From: an uncultured Candidatus Poseidoniales archaeon
GTDB taxonomy: Archaea > Thermoplasmatota > Poseidoniia > Poseidoniales > Thalassarchaeaceae
Assembly: GCA_963934165.1 (NCBI GenBank)
Contig: CAWVXH010000004.1
Coordinates: 19,812-83,811, forward strand
Direction: 5' to 3'
DNA: 64,000 bases
How positions within the stretch are numbered: position 1 is the first letter of the stretch; every line of letters begins with the position of its first letter. The notes beneath the pieces were generated by a model that saw only the letters and a list, made by a program, of their open reading frames with translations, made no database searches and had not been told where the DNA came from. Shown piece by piece: positions 54,506 to 63,732 of this stretch. The translations under genes were made by a program, and so were the position numbers.

Positions 54506-57106
54506 TTATTGCGGTTTTTGTCTTTTTCCGAACATATGCAATAATTCTCTGACCTGAACTTCTGAAATTCCTTGAATTTCTTTAAGATCATCTTCTTCTG
54601 CCCATACAAGATTAGCAAAAGTTCCAAATTTCTCTAATAATTGCAAGGATAATTCAGAATCAATGCTCGGAATTGATTCAAGCATTGCTCGAACAGCAAT
54701 TCTTTCATCGTCATTTTTGATTCTTATTTCACGGGCTCCGGCAGCAGCTTGAGTCACTGGATCTGACCAAAATTCCGGCTTTACTGCCTCTAATCTATCT
54801 TGTGCGCTACCACTTAAACCATCAAGCATTGATTCTTCTCTTCTGGATGCAACCGTTAGGAATCGAGCGGTTTCTGCTCCATCTTTGGTCGTTACAACAG
54901 GGATTCCAAAATCTAATGATAACGTTGTCAATGCTCCCATCAATGCATGTGGATGAACCCTTGGATTTTGGAAAAGTCCCTCTCCCTCGATTAGAATTAA
55001 GGTACGAGGTGCTGCGCCGACCAATCTACTGGCCTGTTCCAAAAGTCGGCCATCGATCAATGAATCGACAAAATCGCGCACAGTTTTTCTTTCTACTAAA
55101 ATTCGTTCGCCAATTTTGTAATCCCCGGTAGCGAGTCTCTCGATTTTTATTTCAGCACCGAGTGCACGTAAACGTGAGATTACGGCGCTGTTCAATTCAC
55201 GATCATCGGCTGTAATAATAGCGCCTGGCACATCAGGAGGGCCAATTTCTTCGAGAGCAGATAGGTCTTGGGATATCGATATGGGCGGGGGGCTGTTCAC
55301 TATTTTTTGAGCTGGACTATCTGAATTTCCATCATCTTGCGATGAATTTTTTGAGGCTGTTTCAAATTGCTCCAATCCTGTTTGTCCACGAGGCCGGAAC
55401 GTTTGAGGTGGTAATTTAGCAACAGATGTCATTTTTTCCTTCATTTCAACTAGATCAGTCTCAACTATACTCGGTCGAGATTCCTCACGAACTTTCATGA
55501 TGAACTCTTTCGCTGAAGTTTTTCCTTCTGAATTTGAAACTATGAATTCATCAAGATTTGAAAGATCAATATGTGTGGATCTTGGTAATTTCCGCCGAAC
55601 TCTCTGAACTGCTCGTTGCATATTTTCTTCTTTTCGCTCGGCTGCAATCTTTGCTCCTTCATCTTTAGTATCTTCAGCAATTAGTACGACCACTTCACCT
55701 TCACGGTGTCTGCCGGTTCTACCACGACGTTGGATTGTTCGTATTTCACTAGGCACTGGTTCGTAAAATATCACCAAGTCTGCGGATGGAATATCCAAAC
55801 CCTCTTCCGCCACTGAGGTGGCTACCAATACATTGAATTCACCTTCACGAAACCGATTTAATCGGTCAATTTGCTCCTTCGGTTTTAATCCAGTTCGTCC
55901 ATTTCTGCTTGATTGACCAACAAATTGAATCGCCTTGGTCCCATCTAATCCATCAAGAGCTAATTCGATAGCAGCGACCGAATCTCTGAAGGTAGCGAAA
56001 ACGATAATCTTGCTCATCGAATCTCTTCGTAGTCGTGCTCTGACTAAACGCCTAACAGTTCCTACCTTTGTATGGATTTCATCCATCTGGTCCAAACTTT
56101 GTTTCAAACTTCGAATCCGTTTATCCCTGAGGAAGTTTTTTACAGATTTTTTTGATGAGTCACCATCCTTTTCCATTCTACTAAGAAATTCTCTTGCTGC
56201 AGCAATTCCTTGAGACAACAAATGGTTGAGGAGGTGATTTAAGCGCATAGCCATTGATAGATTTGAAACCGAGGAGTAAGCATTTGATTCTCCGCGTTGA
56301 ATTGCTTCTTGAGCACGCCCCATCGCTTGGGTTAGGCCACGGTAAGAGGGATATCCTGAGAGGACATATCTCCCGAGGCGACGTTCTCTATCGATAATTC
56401 CATTCAACCATAATCGAAGCGGCTCGGCTAATTCTCGAATTTCGTCAGGAACGATTACTTTCAATTCTTGAACATCGAGACCGGCAAGATATGAGTTAAG
56501 CATTGCATCACTCGATGTCCTAATATGAATTCGTTCAACATCGAGACGACCACAAATTTCTTCGACTACTTCTGTGCGTGAACCCGGGCTCGCAGTTGTG
56601 GCAAGAATAAGCCCGTCTTCCGCCTGTGAATTGTATAATTCAGCAGCCTGAGCCATGGGGTGATTTCCCGTAGCGTGATGAGCCTCATCGACCACCAATA
56701 AGCAACAGTTTGAAAGATTGAGAATTCCCTTTACAACATCGTTGCGAACGACATGTGGTGTAGCAATGATTAATCGAGAAGAATCCCATAAATTTTCACG
56801 CTTTTTGGGAGTTATCTCACCTGTAATGGAAATTGGATTAAGATCGTGAATATGTTTCATCACCGGTTCAAGACTTTTGAGATGTTGATCAACCAATGCA
56901 TTTGTCGGTGCCAGAAAGATTACTCCACCTGAATTAGTCCGCAATCTTTCAGCGATTACCATCCATGCGACTGCCGTCTTTCCAGCGGCTGTCGGCAACA
57001 CCAACAACATCGACCCAGATAGGGCTTCATCGACCGCTTCCAATTGATATCCTCTGGCTTCGATTGAGCCCGCGATTAAGCCAGAGTGTTGAACTTCATC
57101 GCGCAT
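54506..57106 (-). CDS. hef: Hef: helicase-associated endonuclease for fork-structured DNA (XPF/FANCM homologue)
   Basis: SF2 helicase motifs (LPTAAGKT, VVDEAHHATG, SVAEEGLDIP, QRRGRTGR). The C-terminal ERCC4 nuclease has GDYKIG...VERKTVRDFVDSLIDGRL. HhH-like tail. Confidence 0.9.
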   Translation of the reverse strand: MRDEVQHSGLIAGSIEARGYQLEAVDEALSGSMLLVLPTAAGKTAVAWMVIAERLRTNSGGVIFLAPTNALVDQHLKSLEPVMKHIHDLNPISITGEITPKKRENLWDSSRLIIATPHVVRNDVVKGILNLSNCCLLVVDEAHHATGNHPMAQAAELYNSQAEDGLILATTASPGSRTEVVEEICGRLDVERIHIRTSSDAMLNSYLAGLDVQELKVIVPDEIRELAEPLRLWLNGIIDRERRLGRYVLSGYPSYRGLTQAMGRAQEAIQRGESNAYSSVSNLSMAMRLNHLLNHLLSQGIAAAREFLSRMEKDGDSSKKSVKNFLRDKRIRSLKQSLDQMDEIHTKVGTVRRLVRARLRRDSMSKIIVFATFRDSVAAIELALDGLDGTKAIQFVGQSSRNGRTGLKPKEQIDRLNRFREGEFNVLVATSVAEEGLDIPSADLVIFYEPVPSEIRTIQRRGRTGRHREGEVVVLIAEDTKDEGAKIAAERKEENMQRAVQRVRRKLPRSTHIDLSNLDEFIVSNSEGKTSAKEFIMKVREESRPSIVETDLVEMKEKMTSVAKLPPQTFRPRGQTGLEQFETASKNSSQDDGNSDSPAQKIVNSPPPISISQDLSALEEIGPPDVPGAIITADDRELNSAVISRLRALGAEIKIERLATGDYKIGERILVERKTVRDFVDSLIDGRLLEQASRLVGAAPRTLILIEGEGLFQNPRVHPHALMGALTTLSLDFGIPVVTTKDGAETARFLTVASRREESMLDGLSGSAQDRLEAVKPEFWSDPVTQAAAGAREIRIKNDDERIAVRAMLESIPSIDSELSLQLLEKFGTFANLVWAEEDDLKEIQGISEVQVRELLHMFGKRQKPQ

Positions 57107-57388
57107 TGCTATTTCACCTAGTGGTCAGGGTTCAAAATACTTGCACTGCCCCATGTGTTCACTTACACCCCTAAGGGGGTGGAATCATTGATTCCCGATT
57201 CGTTCATATATGGTAGGTAGGTCGCAAGGCCGCTCACAACGTGAGATACCATACACCACAGGGCAATGCACAAGTATCCCGGAAATCGAAACCACATTCG
57301 TGGAATCGGTTCGGTGCTACGGTATTTCCTTTGCGAAATGAGCCCGGTAAAACGCCGCACTGCGGCGTTGAACTGGTAAACGAAAATT

Positions 57389-57394
57389 AGGAGG
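57389..57394 (+). promoter_or_regulatory. Shine-Dalgarno-like AGGAGG upstream of rpl3
   Basis: AGGAGG ends 8 nt before the ATG at 57403. Confidence 0.5.
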
Positions 57395-57402
57395 AACCCA
57401 AA

Positions 57403-58482
57403 ATGGCTGACCGTAGTAAACCCCGCCGTGGTAGCATGGGCTTTAGCCCTCGCAAGAGAGCGATTCGACCATATGGTCGTATTACATCGTGGCCGGAGAC
57501 GAATTCAACAGAAATTAGGGTTCAGGGCTTTGCCGGCTGGAAAGCTGGAATGACCCACGTGTTGATTCGCGATCTTAATCCTAAGTCAACTTCCGCTGGT
57601 CAAGAAGTTCGCAAAGCTGTTACTGTCGTAGAAACTCCTCCAATGATTGTTCTCGCAGTTCGTGGTTATCGAATGACTCCATACGGTATGCAAACCTCTG
57701 GTGAGTTTTGGACCAATCCTGCCGATGATGGACCAAATGGATTAATGCCGCGATTTGCTAATCAAACACGCGGCGACCGAGATGCTGACGAAGGCCGCAA
57801 GCCTGAGAAGCGCGCCGGTCGAATTCCAGTTCGTGGAAATGGTTCAAATGAAGGTGCTTTTGAAGCACTTTTGAATGCAGATCTATGCGATGTTCGTCTT
57901 GTTGTCGCAACCCAACCTCAACTCATAAAGAGCATCAGTTCCAAAATACCTGAAATAATGGAAGTTGGTATGGTTGGAGGCGACAATTCGGAAAAGCTCG
58001 CCTGGGCAAAAGATCGCCTCGGATCTTCAATTACTCTCGATGATGTATACGATATCGGCTCTGATGTTGATGTAATTGGCGTCACCAAAGGAAAAGGTTG
58101 GCAAGGTGCGATTAAGCGTTGGGGAATCAAACTACTCAGTCACAAGAACAGCAAACGCCGCCGTCAGGGTGGAAACATGGGTGACTTCGGAACTGGATAT
58201 GTTCGAAAGACTATCCGACAAGCGGGTCAAACAGGTTATCACCAGCGCACTGAATTGAACAAGAGAATCCTACGAATTTCTAACTCGGAAGAGTCCGATG
58301 TGACACCAGCTGGTGGATTCCTTCACTACGGTATAGTCTCCAACGATTACATGATTATCGAGGGAAGCCTTCCAGGTCCTGCGAAGAGGATGCTTCGCTT
58401 CCGTGATGCAATTCGCCCACGTGCCGAACAGCACGAGGTCAATCTGACATATGTCAGTACATCATCCAAGCAGGGGGTCTGA
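57403..58482 (+). CDS. rpl3: Ribosomal protein uL3
   Basis: PRRGSMGFSPRKRA start, FAGWKAGMTHV, KGKGWQGAIKRWG. First gene of the conserved operon. Confidence 0.97.
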   Translation: MADRSKPRRGSMGFSPRKRAIRPYGRITSWPETNSTEIRVQGFAGWKAGMTHVLIRDLNPKSTSAGQEVRKAVTVVETPPMIVLAVRGYRMTPYGMQTSGEFWTNPADDGPNGLMPRFANQTRGDRDADEGRKPEKRAGRIPVRGNGSNEGAFEALLNADLCDVRLVVATQPQLIKSISSKIPEIMEVGMVGGDNSEKLAWAKDRLGSSITLDDVYDIGSDVDVIGVTKGKGWQGAIKRWGIKLLSHKNSKRRRQGGNMGDFGTGYVRKTIRQAGQTGYHQRTELNKRILRISNSEESDVTPAGGFLHYGIVSNDYMIIEGSLPGPAKRMLRFRDAIRPRAEQHEVNLTYVSTSSKQGV

Positions 58483-58487
58483 ACTCG

Positions 58488-59366
58488 ATGAAGGTCAAGA
58501 TGTATAATTTGGTTTCAAATGTCGAGCAAGTAGAGTTCGATGCAGGTCTTCTCGCGGAATCCTATCTCGTTGATACAAAGGATGGAAAGAACGTTACTTT
58601 GCCTTCGATGTTCGAATCTGAGATTCGAGAAGATTTAGTCCGCTCTGCAGTTCATTCTTCACGTGCTAACCGACGTCAAGCATATGGTCACCGCGAACAT
58701 GATGGAAAGCGTAAGCCACAAGCTGGAATGAAGCATTCCGTTGAATGGTGGGGTAAGGGTCGTGGTGTTTCGCGAATTATGCGTAAAACTGGTCAGCGAA
58801 CCGGTGCTCAGAATCCCCATACACGTGGTGGACGTCGTGCTCATGGACCAAAGGTAGCTAAAGACTGGTCACAAAAACTCAACAGCAAGCAAAAGACGCT
58901 TGCACGCAATTCTGCCATCGCAGCAACAGCTGATTCAGAATCTGTTTCCACACGCGGACATAGATTCGATTCCAGCATACGATTCCCAATCGTTATCGAT
59001 GGATATATCGAATCCCGCGATGGATCCGATGAAAAATACAACATTGAATCACTGCCTTTGCAGAATTCAACTCGCAAGTTCGTTGCTATGATGCACGGTC
59101 TCGGCCTTGGAGCCGATTTAGATCGTGCAAAATCTGGTCGCACTATTCGCGCAGGTAAGGGTACCATGCGCGGTCGAAAACACCGTACCCCGAAATCTAT
59201 TCTATTGGTCGTCGCAAACAGTGACGGACTTCACAAAGCTGCACGAAATGTGCCTGGCATCGATGTTGTCGCTGCTAAGAATCTGTGTGCAGAGGACCTC
59301 GCCCCTGGTGGCGACATGGGTCGTCTTACTGTTTGGACCAAATCTGCAATCGAGGCACTGGAGTGA
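58488..59366 (+). CDS. rpl4: Ribosomal protein uL4
   Basis: Operon position after L3. SWGKGRGVSRIMR-like WWGKGRGVSR and RAGKGTMRGRK. Confidence 0.95.
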   Translation: MKVKMYNLVSNVEQVEFDAGLLAESYLVDTKDGKNVTLPSMFESEIREDLVRSAVHSSRANRRQAYGHREHDGKRKPQAGMKHSVEWWGKGRGVSRIMRKTGQRTGAQNPHTRGGRRAHGPKVAKDWSQKLNSKQKTLARNSAIAATADSESVSTRGHRFDSSIRFPIVIDGYIESRDGSDEKYNIESLPLQNSTRKFVAMMHGLGLGADLDRAKSGRTIRAGKGTMRGRKHRTPKSILLVVANSDGLHKAARNVPGIDVVAAKNLCAEDLAPGGDMGRLTVWTKSAIEALE

Positions 59367-59371
59367 GAAAA

Positions 59372-59662
59372 ATGGTTAATCCTTACGATATTATTCAGAT
59401 GCCTTGGATTACTGAGAAAACGCTCGATGCCCGTCGAATCGCTGATGTTGAGAGCGGCTATCGAGAAAACAATAACCGAATCGAGTTCATCGTTCGCCGT
59501 GAGGCAACGAAGAAACAAATCCGTGATGCAGTCGAGCAATTGCTCGATGTGAAGGTTGCTAAGGTTAACACCCGGATCACCCTCACTGGCAAACATGCGA
59601 GCATTCGCCTCGCTGAAGGATATGATGCAGAGGAGGCTGCGCTCAAGATGGGCGCTTTCTGA
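59372..59662 (+). CDS. rpl23: Ribosomal protein uL23
   Basis: MVNPYDIIQMPWITEKTLD...FIVRREATKKQIRDAVEQLLDVKVAKVNT. Internal ATG of ORF 59285..59662, just after the L4 stop. Confidence 0.95.
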   Translation: MVNPYDIIQMPWITEKTLDARRIADVESGYRENNNRIEFIVRREATKKQIRDAVEQLLDVKVAKVNTRITLTGKHASIRLAEGYDAEEAALKMGAF

Positions 59663-59672
59663 GGTGGTAATT

Positions 59673-60395
59673 ATGGGTAAGAGAACAAGATCACAACGTC
59701 GCGGTTCGAGTCCAAAGAACAAGGTCTCAAGTCACCGCTTCCCAGCTGCTAATAGATTGCCTCGTGTCAGCGATAAGATGGCGGAGGTTGTCGACCTCAT
59801 CCACAGTCCAGTACACACAACACCACTCGCAAAAATTAAGTTCGATGATGGCGAAGTTGGACACATCGCAGCACCTGAGGGTGTTTCGGTTGGACAAAAC
59901 CTCGCTTTCGGTGATAATGTATCATTACGCCCAGGGAATGTTACTACTCTCGATCAGATTCCAGAAGGGACTCCGATTTGTAACGTTGAAAGTCGCCCAG
60001 GAGATGGTGGAAAATTCGCTCGCTCCGGAGGTAACTCTGCTTTACTTGAAACCCGAATGGGTAAATACGTCCGCGTAAAACTTCCAAGTGGCAAGAGCAA
60101 AGATTTGCCTGCTAAGTCTCGCGCTACTATAGGTGTACTCGCAGGCCATGGTAGGACTGACAAGCCGCTAATGCGCGCAGGTGCTGCTCATCACCGAGCC
60201 CGGGCTCGTGGTAAGCAATATCCAACCGTTAGTGGTGTCGCAATGAACCCTGTTGACCACCCTCATGGTGGAGGGAATCACCAGGCTGTTCACGGACCTA
60301 ACTCAGTTAGCCGAAATGCTCCACCAGGACAGAAGGTCGGAAACATCGCTCCAAAGCGAACCGGTCGAGGACGAAAGAGAATAGAGGAGGCATAA
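59673..60395 (+). CDS. rpl2: Ribosomal protein uL2
   Basis: MGKRTRSQRRGS..., GNVTTLDQIPEGTPICNVE, MNPVDHPHGGG. Confidence 0.97.
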   Translation: MGKRTRSQRRGSSPKNKVSSHRFPAANRLPRVSDKMAEVVDLIHSPVHTTPLAKIKFDDGEVGHIAAPEGVSVGQNLAFGDNVSLRPGNVTTLDQIPEGTPICNVESRPGDGGKFARSGGNSALLETRMGKYVRVKLPSGKSKDLPAKSRATIGVLAGHGRTDKPLMRAGAAHHRARARGKQYPTVSGVAMNPVDHPHGGGNHQAVHGPNSVSRNAPPGQKVGNIAPKRTGRGRKRIEEA

Positions 60396-60398
60396 TGA

Positions 60399-60899
60399 AT
60401 GGCACGTAAATCCAAGAAAATCTTCCGCTCACCTAAACTCGCTCGCCGTCAGGCTCGCAAGCGACGTTCTCAAATTTCTGAACGCCGCCAAAAGGAATTT
60501 CTTTGGCGCGGTTACACCATTGAAGAACTCAAGCAAATGCCACTCTATCCTCCTGAGGATGATTATGACGCAGTTTGCATCGCTACCCTGATGCCTGCGC
60601 GTGCAAAGAGATCACTCTCCCGTGGATTGAATCTAGAATGTGATAAATTGCTGGAGAAGATTCGCGATAATAGTGACGGAAAGGTGGTCCGAACTCATTG
60701 TCGAGGGATGTATATCCTTCCAGAAATGGTTGGAACAACAATTGGTATTCATAATGGCCGAAATTTCGTGGAAATTGAATTAATTCCTGAAATGATTGGT
60801 CATGCATTAGGCGAATTCGCCCGAACACGTAACTCTGTGACACACACAGGACCTGGTGTTGGAGCGACACGTTCGTCTGGTCACGTGGCATTGAAGTGA
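60399..60899 (+). CDS. rps19: Ribosomal protein uS19 with basic N-terminal extension
   Basis: WRGYTIEELKQM, MPARAKRSLSRGL, IGIHNGRNFVEIELIPEMIGHALGEFARTR. Confidence 0.95.
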   Translation: MARKSKKIFRSPKLARRQARKRRSQISERRQKEFLWRGYTIEELKQMPLYPPEDDYDAVCIATLMPARAKRSLSRGLNLECDKLLEKIRDNSDGKVVRTHCRGMYILPEMVGTTIGIHNGRNFVEIELIPEMIGHALGEFARTRNSVTHTGPGVGATRSSGHVALK

Positions 60900-60909
60900 G
60901 GTGAGATGA

Positions 60910-61434
60910 ATGAGTAGAATTTCAGGAAAAGCACAATCCGGATACACCCAATTGCTCGAGGGATCATACCTCGTATCAGCTAGGGCGGTCGGCCTCGATG
61001 TACATCACAAGCACTGTTTGCATGTCGCAAAGTTCGTACGTGGCATGAATGCACAGGAAGCAATCGAATATCTCGAAGATGTAATTGCTAAGAAAAAGGC
61101 GATTCCATACACTCGTCGATCTCGCCGTGGTCGTGGTGGAAATACGATGGCTGGTCACCGAAAGGGCAAGATGGGCCCTGGTAAGTACCCTAACAAAGCA
61201 TCAAAGATATTCATCAAATTGATCAATAGCGCAATGGACAATGCTCGTCAACGCTATGACACAATTGATCCAGAAGAGATGACGATTACTCACATGGCCG
61301 CACACCGTGGTCAAATTCACCGTGGATGGAGACCACGAGCCCAAGGCCGTGCAACTCCTGATAACCACTACAAGGTAAATCTAGAGATTTTTCTTGAACA
61401 CTTTGGTGAAGATGATGAAGAGGATGAATTCTGA
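60910..61434 (+). CDS. rpl22: Ribosomal protein uL22
   Basis: Operon position. VHHKHCLHVAKFVRGMNAQEAIEYLEDV and an acidic tail. Confidence 0.95.
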   Translation: MSRISGKAQSGYTQLLEGSYLVSARAVGLDVHHKHCLHVAKFVRGMNAQEAIEYLEDVIAKKKAIPYTRRSRRGRGGNTMAGHRKGKMGPGKYPNKASKIFIKLINSAMDNARQRYDTIDPEEMTITHMAAHRGQIHRGWRPRAQGRATPDNHYKVNLEIFLEHFGEDDEEDEF

Positions 61435-61445
61435 GGTGAAATGAT

Positions 61446-62222
61446 ATGAAGCAGAATACAGTTAGAACATTCATCAATAGAAATGTTGAGCGCCAGCTCG
61501 TCCGAGAATATCTCCTGAAAGAAACCGAGCGTGCTGGATTTGGTGGCCTCGAATTTAATCGAACTCCAGAAGGAACTAAGCTTACTCTTCACGCTGAGCA
61601 AGTCGGCCGAGTAATCGGTCGCCGTGGAAAAGTAATCCATGAACTTCAACGCCGACTTCAGAATGATTTCCATTTGCAAAATCCTCATCTTGAAGTTACA
61701 GAAATTGAAGAACAGCGCCTGAATGCTCAAGTTATGGCTAGTAGATTAGCTTCCTCACTAGAGCGTGGCTGGTTCTTCCGTCGCGCTGGACACAGTACAG
61801 CTCAGAACATCATGGATGCGGGTGCACGAGGTTGCCTCGTCACATTATCTGGAAAAGTCACAGGTGCAAGACATCGTGTCGAGAAGTTCCAGAAAGGACA
61901 CATCAAGTTCTGCGGTGAACCAGCCCTTACCTTCATGGACAGTGGTTTCTCCACAGCTATCAAGAAACTCGGAACTATTGGGTGCTCGGTAAAGATAATG
62001 CGTGCAGGTGTTAAACTCCCTCACGAGATCACTATCTTAGAGCGCCATGAAGTTGGACTCGACCCACTCGATGAAGTTTCAATGCTTGAGGTATTGGATG
62101 AAAAACCCGAAGAAGTTCTCGAAGAAGTTACTGCAGATGTTGCAGATGTTGCAGATGCAGAAGATGTAGTAATGTCAGTCGTTCAAAAAATCGCTGACTT
62201 AGAATCGCAGGAGGAAGAATGA
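61446..62222 (+). CDS. rps3: Ribosomal protein uS3
   Basis: KH-domain region VIGRRGKVIHELQ, then ERGWFFRRAGH, and an acidic C-terminal tail. Confidence 0.95.
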   Translation: MKQNTVRTFINRNVERQLVREYLLKETERAGFGGLEFNRTPEGTKLTLHAEQVGRVIGRRGKVIHELQRRLQNDFHLQNPHLEVTEIEEQRLNAQVMASRLASSLERGWFFRRAGHSTAQNIMDAGARGCLVTLSGKVTGARHRVEKFQKGHIKFCGEPALTFMDSGFSTAIKKLGTIGCSVKIMRAGVKLPHEITILERHEVGLDPLDEVSMLEVLDEKPEEVLEEVTADVADVADAEDVVMSVVQKIADLESQEEE

Positions 62223-62420
62223 ATGTCATTTATTTCGAGCCGTGATATCGCTTCAATGAACCGCGATCAACTTGAGCGCCGTTTAGTTGAGCTTCGAGAG
62301 GAAATGCTCCAACTGCGCGCACAACAAGCGCTCGGAGGGTCATTATCCAATTCTGGTGATTTCAAACAAACACGCCGCAGTATCGCGCGCATGTTGACAA
62401 AATTAAATGAACAATCTTAG
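62223..62420 (+). CDS. rpl29: Ribosomal protein uL29
   Basis: 65 aa, LERRLVELREEMLQLRAQQA. Operon position. Confidence 0.9.
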   Translation: MSFISSRDIASMNRDQLERRLVELREEMLQLRAQQALGGSLSNSGDFKQTRRSIARMLTKLNEQS

Positions 62421-62432
62421 GGGTGAAATGGA

Positions 62433-62732
62433 ATGGCTGGAATTTGCAATCTTTGTGGTTTACCAGATGAATTATGCATTTGCCAAGAAATAGCTAAGGA
62501 ACAACAAAAAGCAGTCATTTCAGTAGTTAGAAGGAGGTATGGAAAAATGGTAACTATCGTTGAAGGAATCGATGATCCCGCCATCGATATCAACCAACTA
62601 GCTAAGATTCTCAAAGGTGCTTGCGCTAGTGGCGGCACAGTCAAAGGACGTAATATCGAACTTCAAGGTGAGCACAAAAAGCGTGTCGCCAAAGTTCTCG
62701 AGCAGAATGGATACAGAGTAGAGGTGCGCTAA
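62433..62732 (+). CDS. sui1: Translation initiation factor aIF1 (SUI1 family)
   Basis: CNLCGLPDELCIC zinc knuckle, RRRYGKMVTIVEGI, and LKGACASGGTVKGRNIELQGEH. Confidence 0.9.
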   Translation: MAGICNLCGLPDELCICQEIAKEQQKAVISVVRRRYGKMVTIVEGIDDPAIDINQLAKILKGACASGGTVKGRNIELQGEHKKRVAKVLEQNGYRVEVR

Positions 62733-62993
62733 ATGAGCGATTCGATTCACCTTCCATTCTTGGCTCGAAACCTAACTGTGGTCGGTTCAAATGACCCTAG
62801 TTTAGTGGGGATTTCTGGTCAGGTACTGGAAGAGACCCGACGCACGATTATTGTGCAATCCGAAACTGGTGAGAAAACTCTCGCTAAGACGGTAATACAA
62901 TTCACACTCGATTCTGAGAAAGACGTTATCAACGGTGCCGCGGTAACCCAGCGTCCAGAGAATCGAGTGAACCGCAAATATAGGAGGAACTGA
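62733..62993 (+). CDS. rnp1: RNase P protein component 1 (Rpp29/Pop4 homologue)
   Basis: LVGISGQVLEETRRTIIVQSETGEKTLAK resembles the Rpp29 core. The position between L29 and S17 is typical of archaea. Confidence 0.8.
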   Translation: MSDSIHLPFLARNLTVVGSNDPSLVGISGQVLEETRRTIIVQSETGEKTLAKTVIQFTLDSEKDVINGAAVTQRPENRVNRKYRRN

Positions 62994-62994
62994 A

Positions 62995-63327
62995 ATGCGT
63001 GATATCGGAGTAGATGTTAATACGCCGCAAGGCGAATGGGATGGGAATGAGAATTGTCCATTCCATGGAAGTTTGAGGCTACGTGGACAAATTATCGAAG
63101 GGACTGTTTATTCAAACAATATGTCGGGTTCGATTGTCGTTCAACGAGAAATGACCCGCTACATGAAGAAATATGAGAGATATGAGAAGAGAACACGCCG
63201 ATATCCGGCACATTTACCTTCTTGTATTGGTGAATTAAGCCCTGGTGATAAGGTTCGAATTATGGAATGTAGACCTCTTTCTAAGACGGTTAAATTCTGT
63301 GTAATCGATACGGAGGATTCACAATGA
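62995..63327 (+). CDS. rps17: Ribosomal protein uS17
   Basis: CPFHGSLRLRGQIIEGTV..., GDKVRIMECRPLSKT. Confidence 0.95.
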   Translation: MRDIGVDVNTPQGEWDGNENCPFHGSLRLRGQIIEGTVYSNNMSGSIVVQREMTRYMKKYERYEKRTRRYPAHLPSCIGELSPGDKVRIMECRPLSKTVKFCVIDTEDSQ

Positions 63328-63722
63328 AGGGGATTTCAAGTCGAGTAACCAAGGCTTTGCCTACACACTCGAAGATGGACTGCGCAGACAACACGGGTGC
63401 TAAGATTGTCATGTTGATTACCGTTCTAAACAAGGGTGGAGTCGCTCGTCGATATCCAGCAGGCGGCGTCGGTGATATGATTCGTGTCACAGTAAAGCGT
63501 GGCACTCCAGAAACACGTCGTCAAATCTTCAACGCAGTCATCGTTCGTCAATCACGACCCTTCCGTCGTGCAGATGGTACGTGGGTTCAATTCGAAGACA
63601 ACGCATGTGTTCTAACAAATGAACGCGGTGATGTCCAAGGTTCAGATATCAAAGGACCAGTCAGTAGAGAAGCTGCTGAGCGATGGCCTAGAATCGCTGC
63701 TACAGCGAAACAAATTGTATGA
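63324..63722 (+). CDS. rpl14: Ribosomal protein uL14
   Basis: DCADNTGAKIV, GDMIRVTVKRGTPE, AVIVRQ. ATGA overlap with rps17. Confidence 0.97.
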   Translation: MKGISSRVTKALPTHSKMDCADNTGAKIVMLITVLNKGGVARRYPAGGVGDMIRVTVKRGTPETRRQIFNAVIVRQSRPFRRADGTWVQFEDNACVLTNERGDVQGSDIKGPVSREAAERWPRIAATAKQIV

Positions 63723-63732
63723 GGTGAGATGG

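Noticed and set aside
57163-57360. 65-aa ORF on the minus strand in the hef-rpl3 spacer
   Set aside because: No recognisable motif and no ribosome-binding or promoter context. The region is better explained by stacked RNA helices on the + strand.
57107-57402. Possibility that the structured spacer is the SRP (7S) RNA or RNase P RNA
   Set aside because: It is too short for either (archaeal versions are about 300 nt or more). I could not find the conserved SRP helix-8 loop motifs or the RNase P conserved regions on either strand. It is kept only as an unclassified structured element.
62130-62170. Tandem GCAGATGTT repeats
   Set aside because: They lie inside the rps3 reading frame and simply encode the acidic tail (TADVADVADAEDV). 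This is not a CRISPR-like or regulatory repeat.
62433-62993. SUI1 and an RNase P protein gene in the middle of a ribosomal protein operon, considered as a possible oddity
   Set aside because: This placement between L29 and S17 is the normal conserved archaeal arrangement and is not novel.
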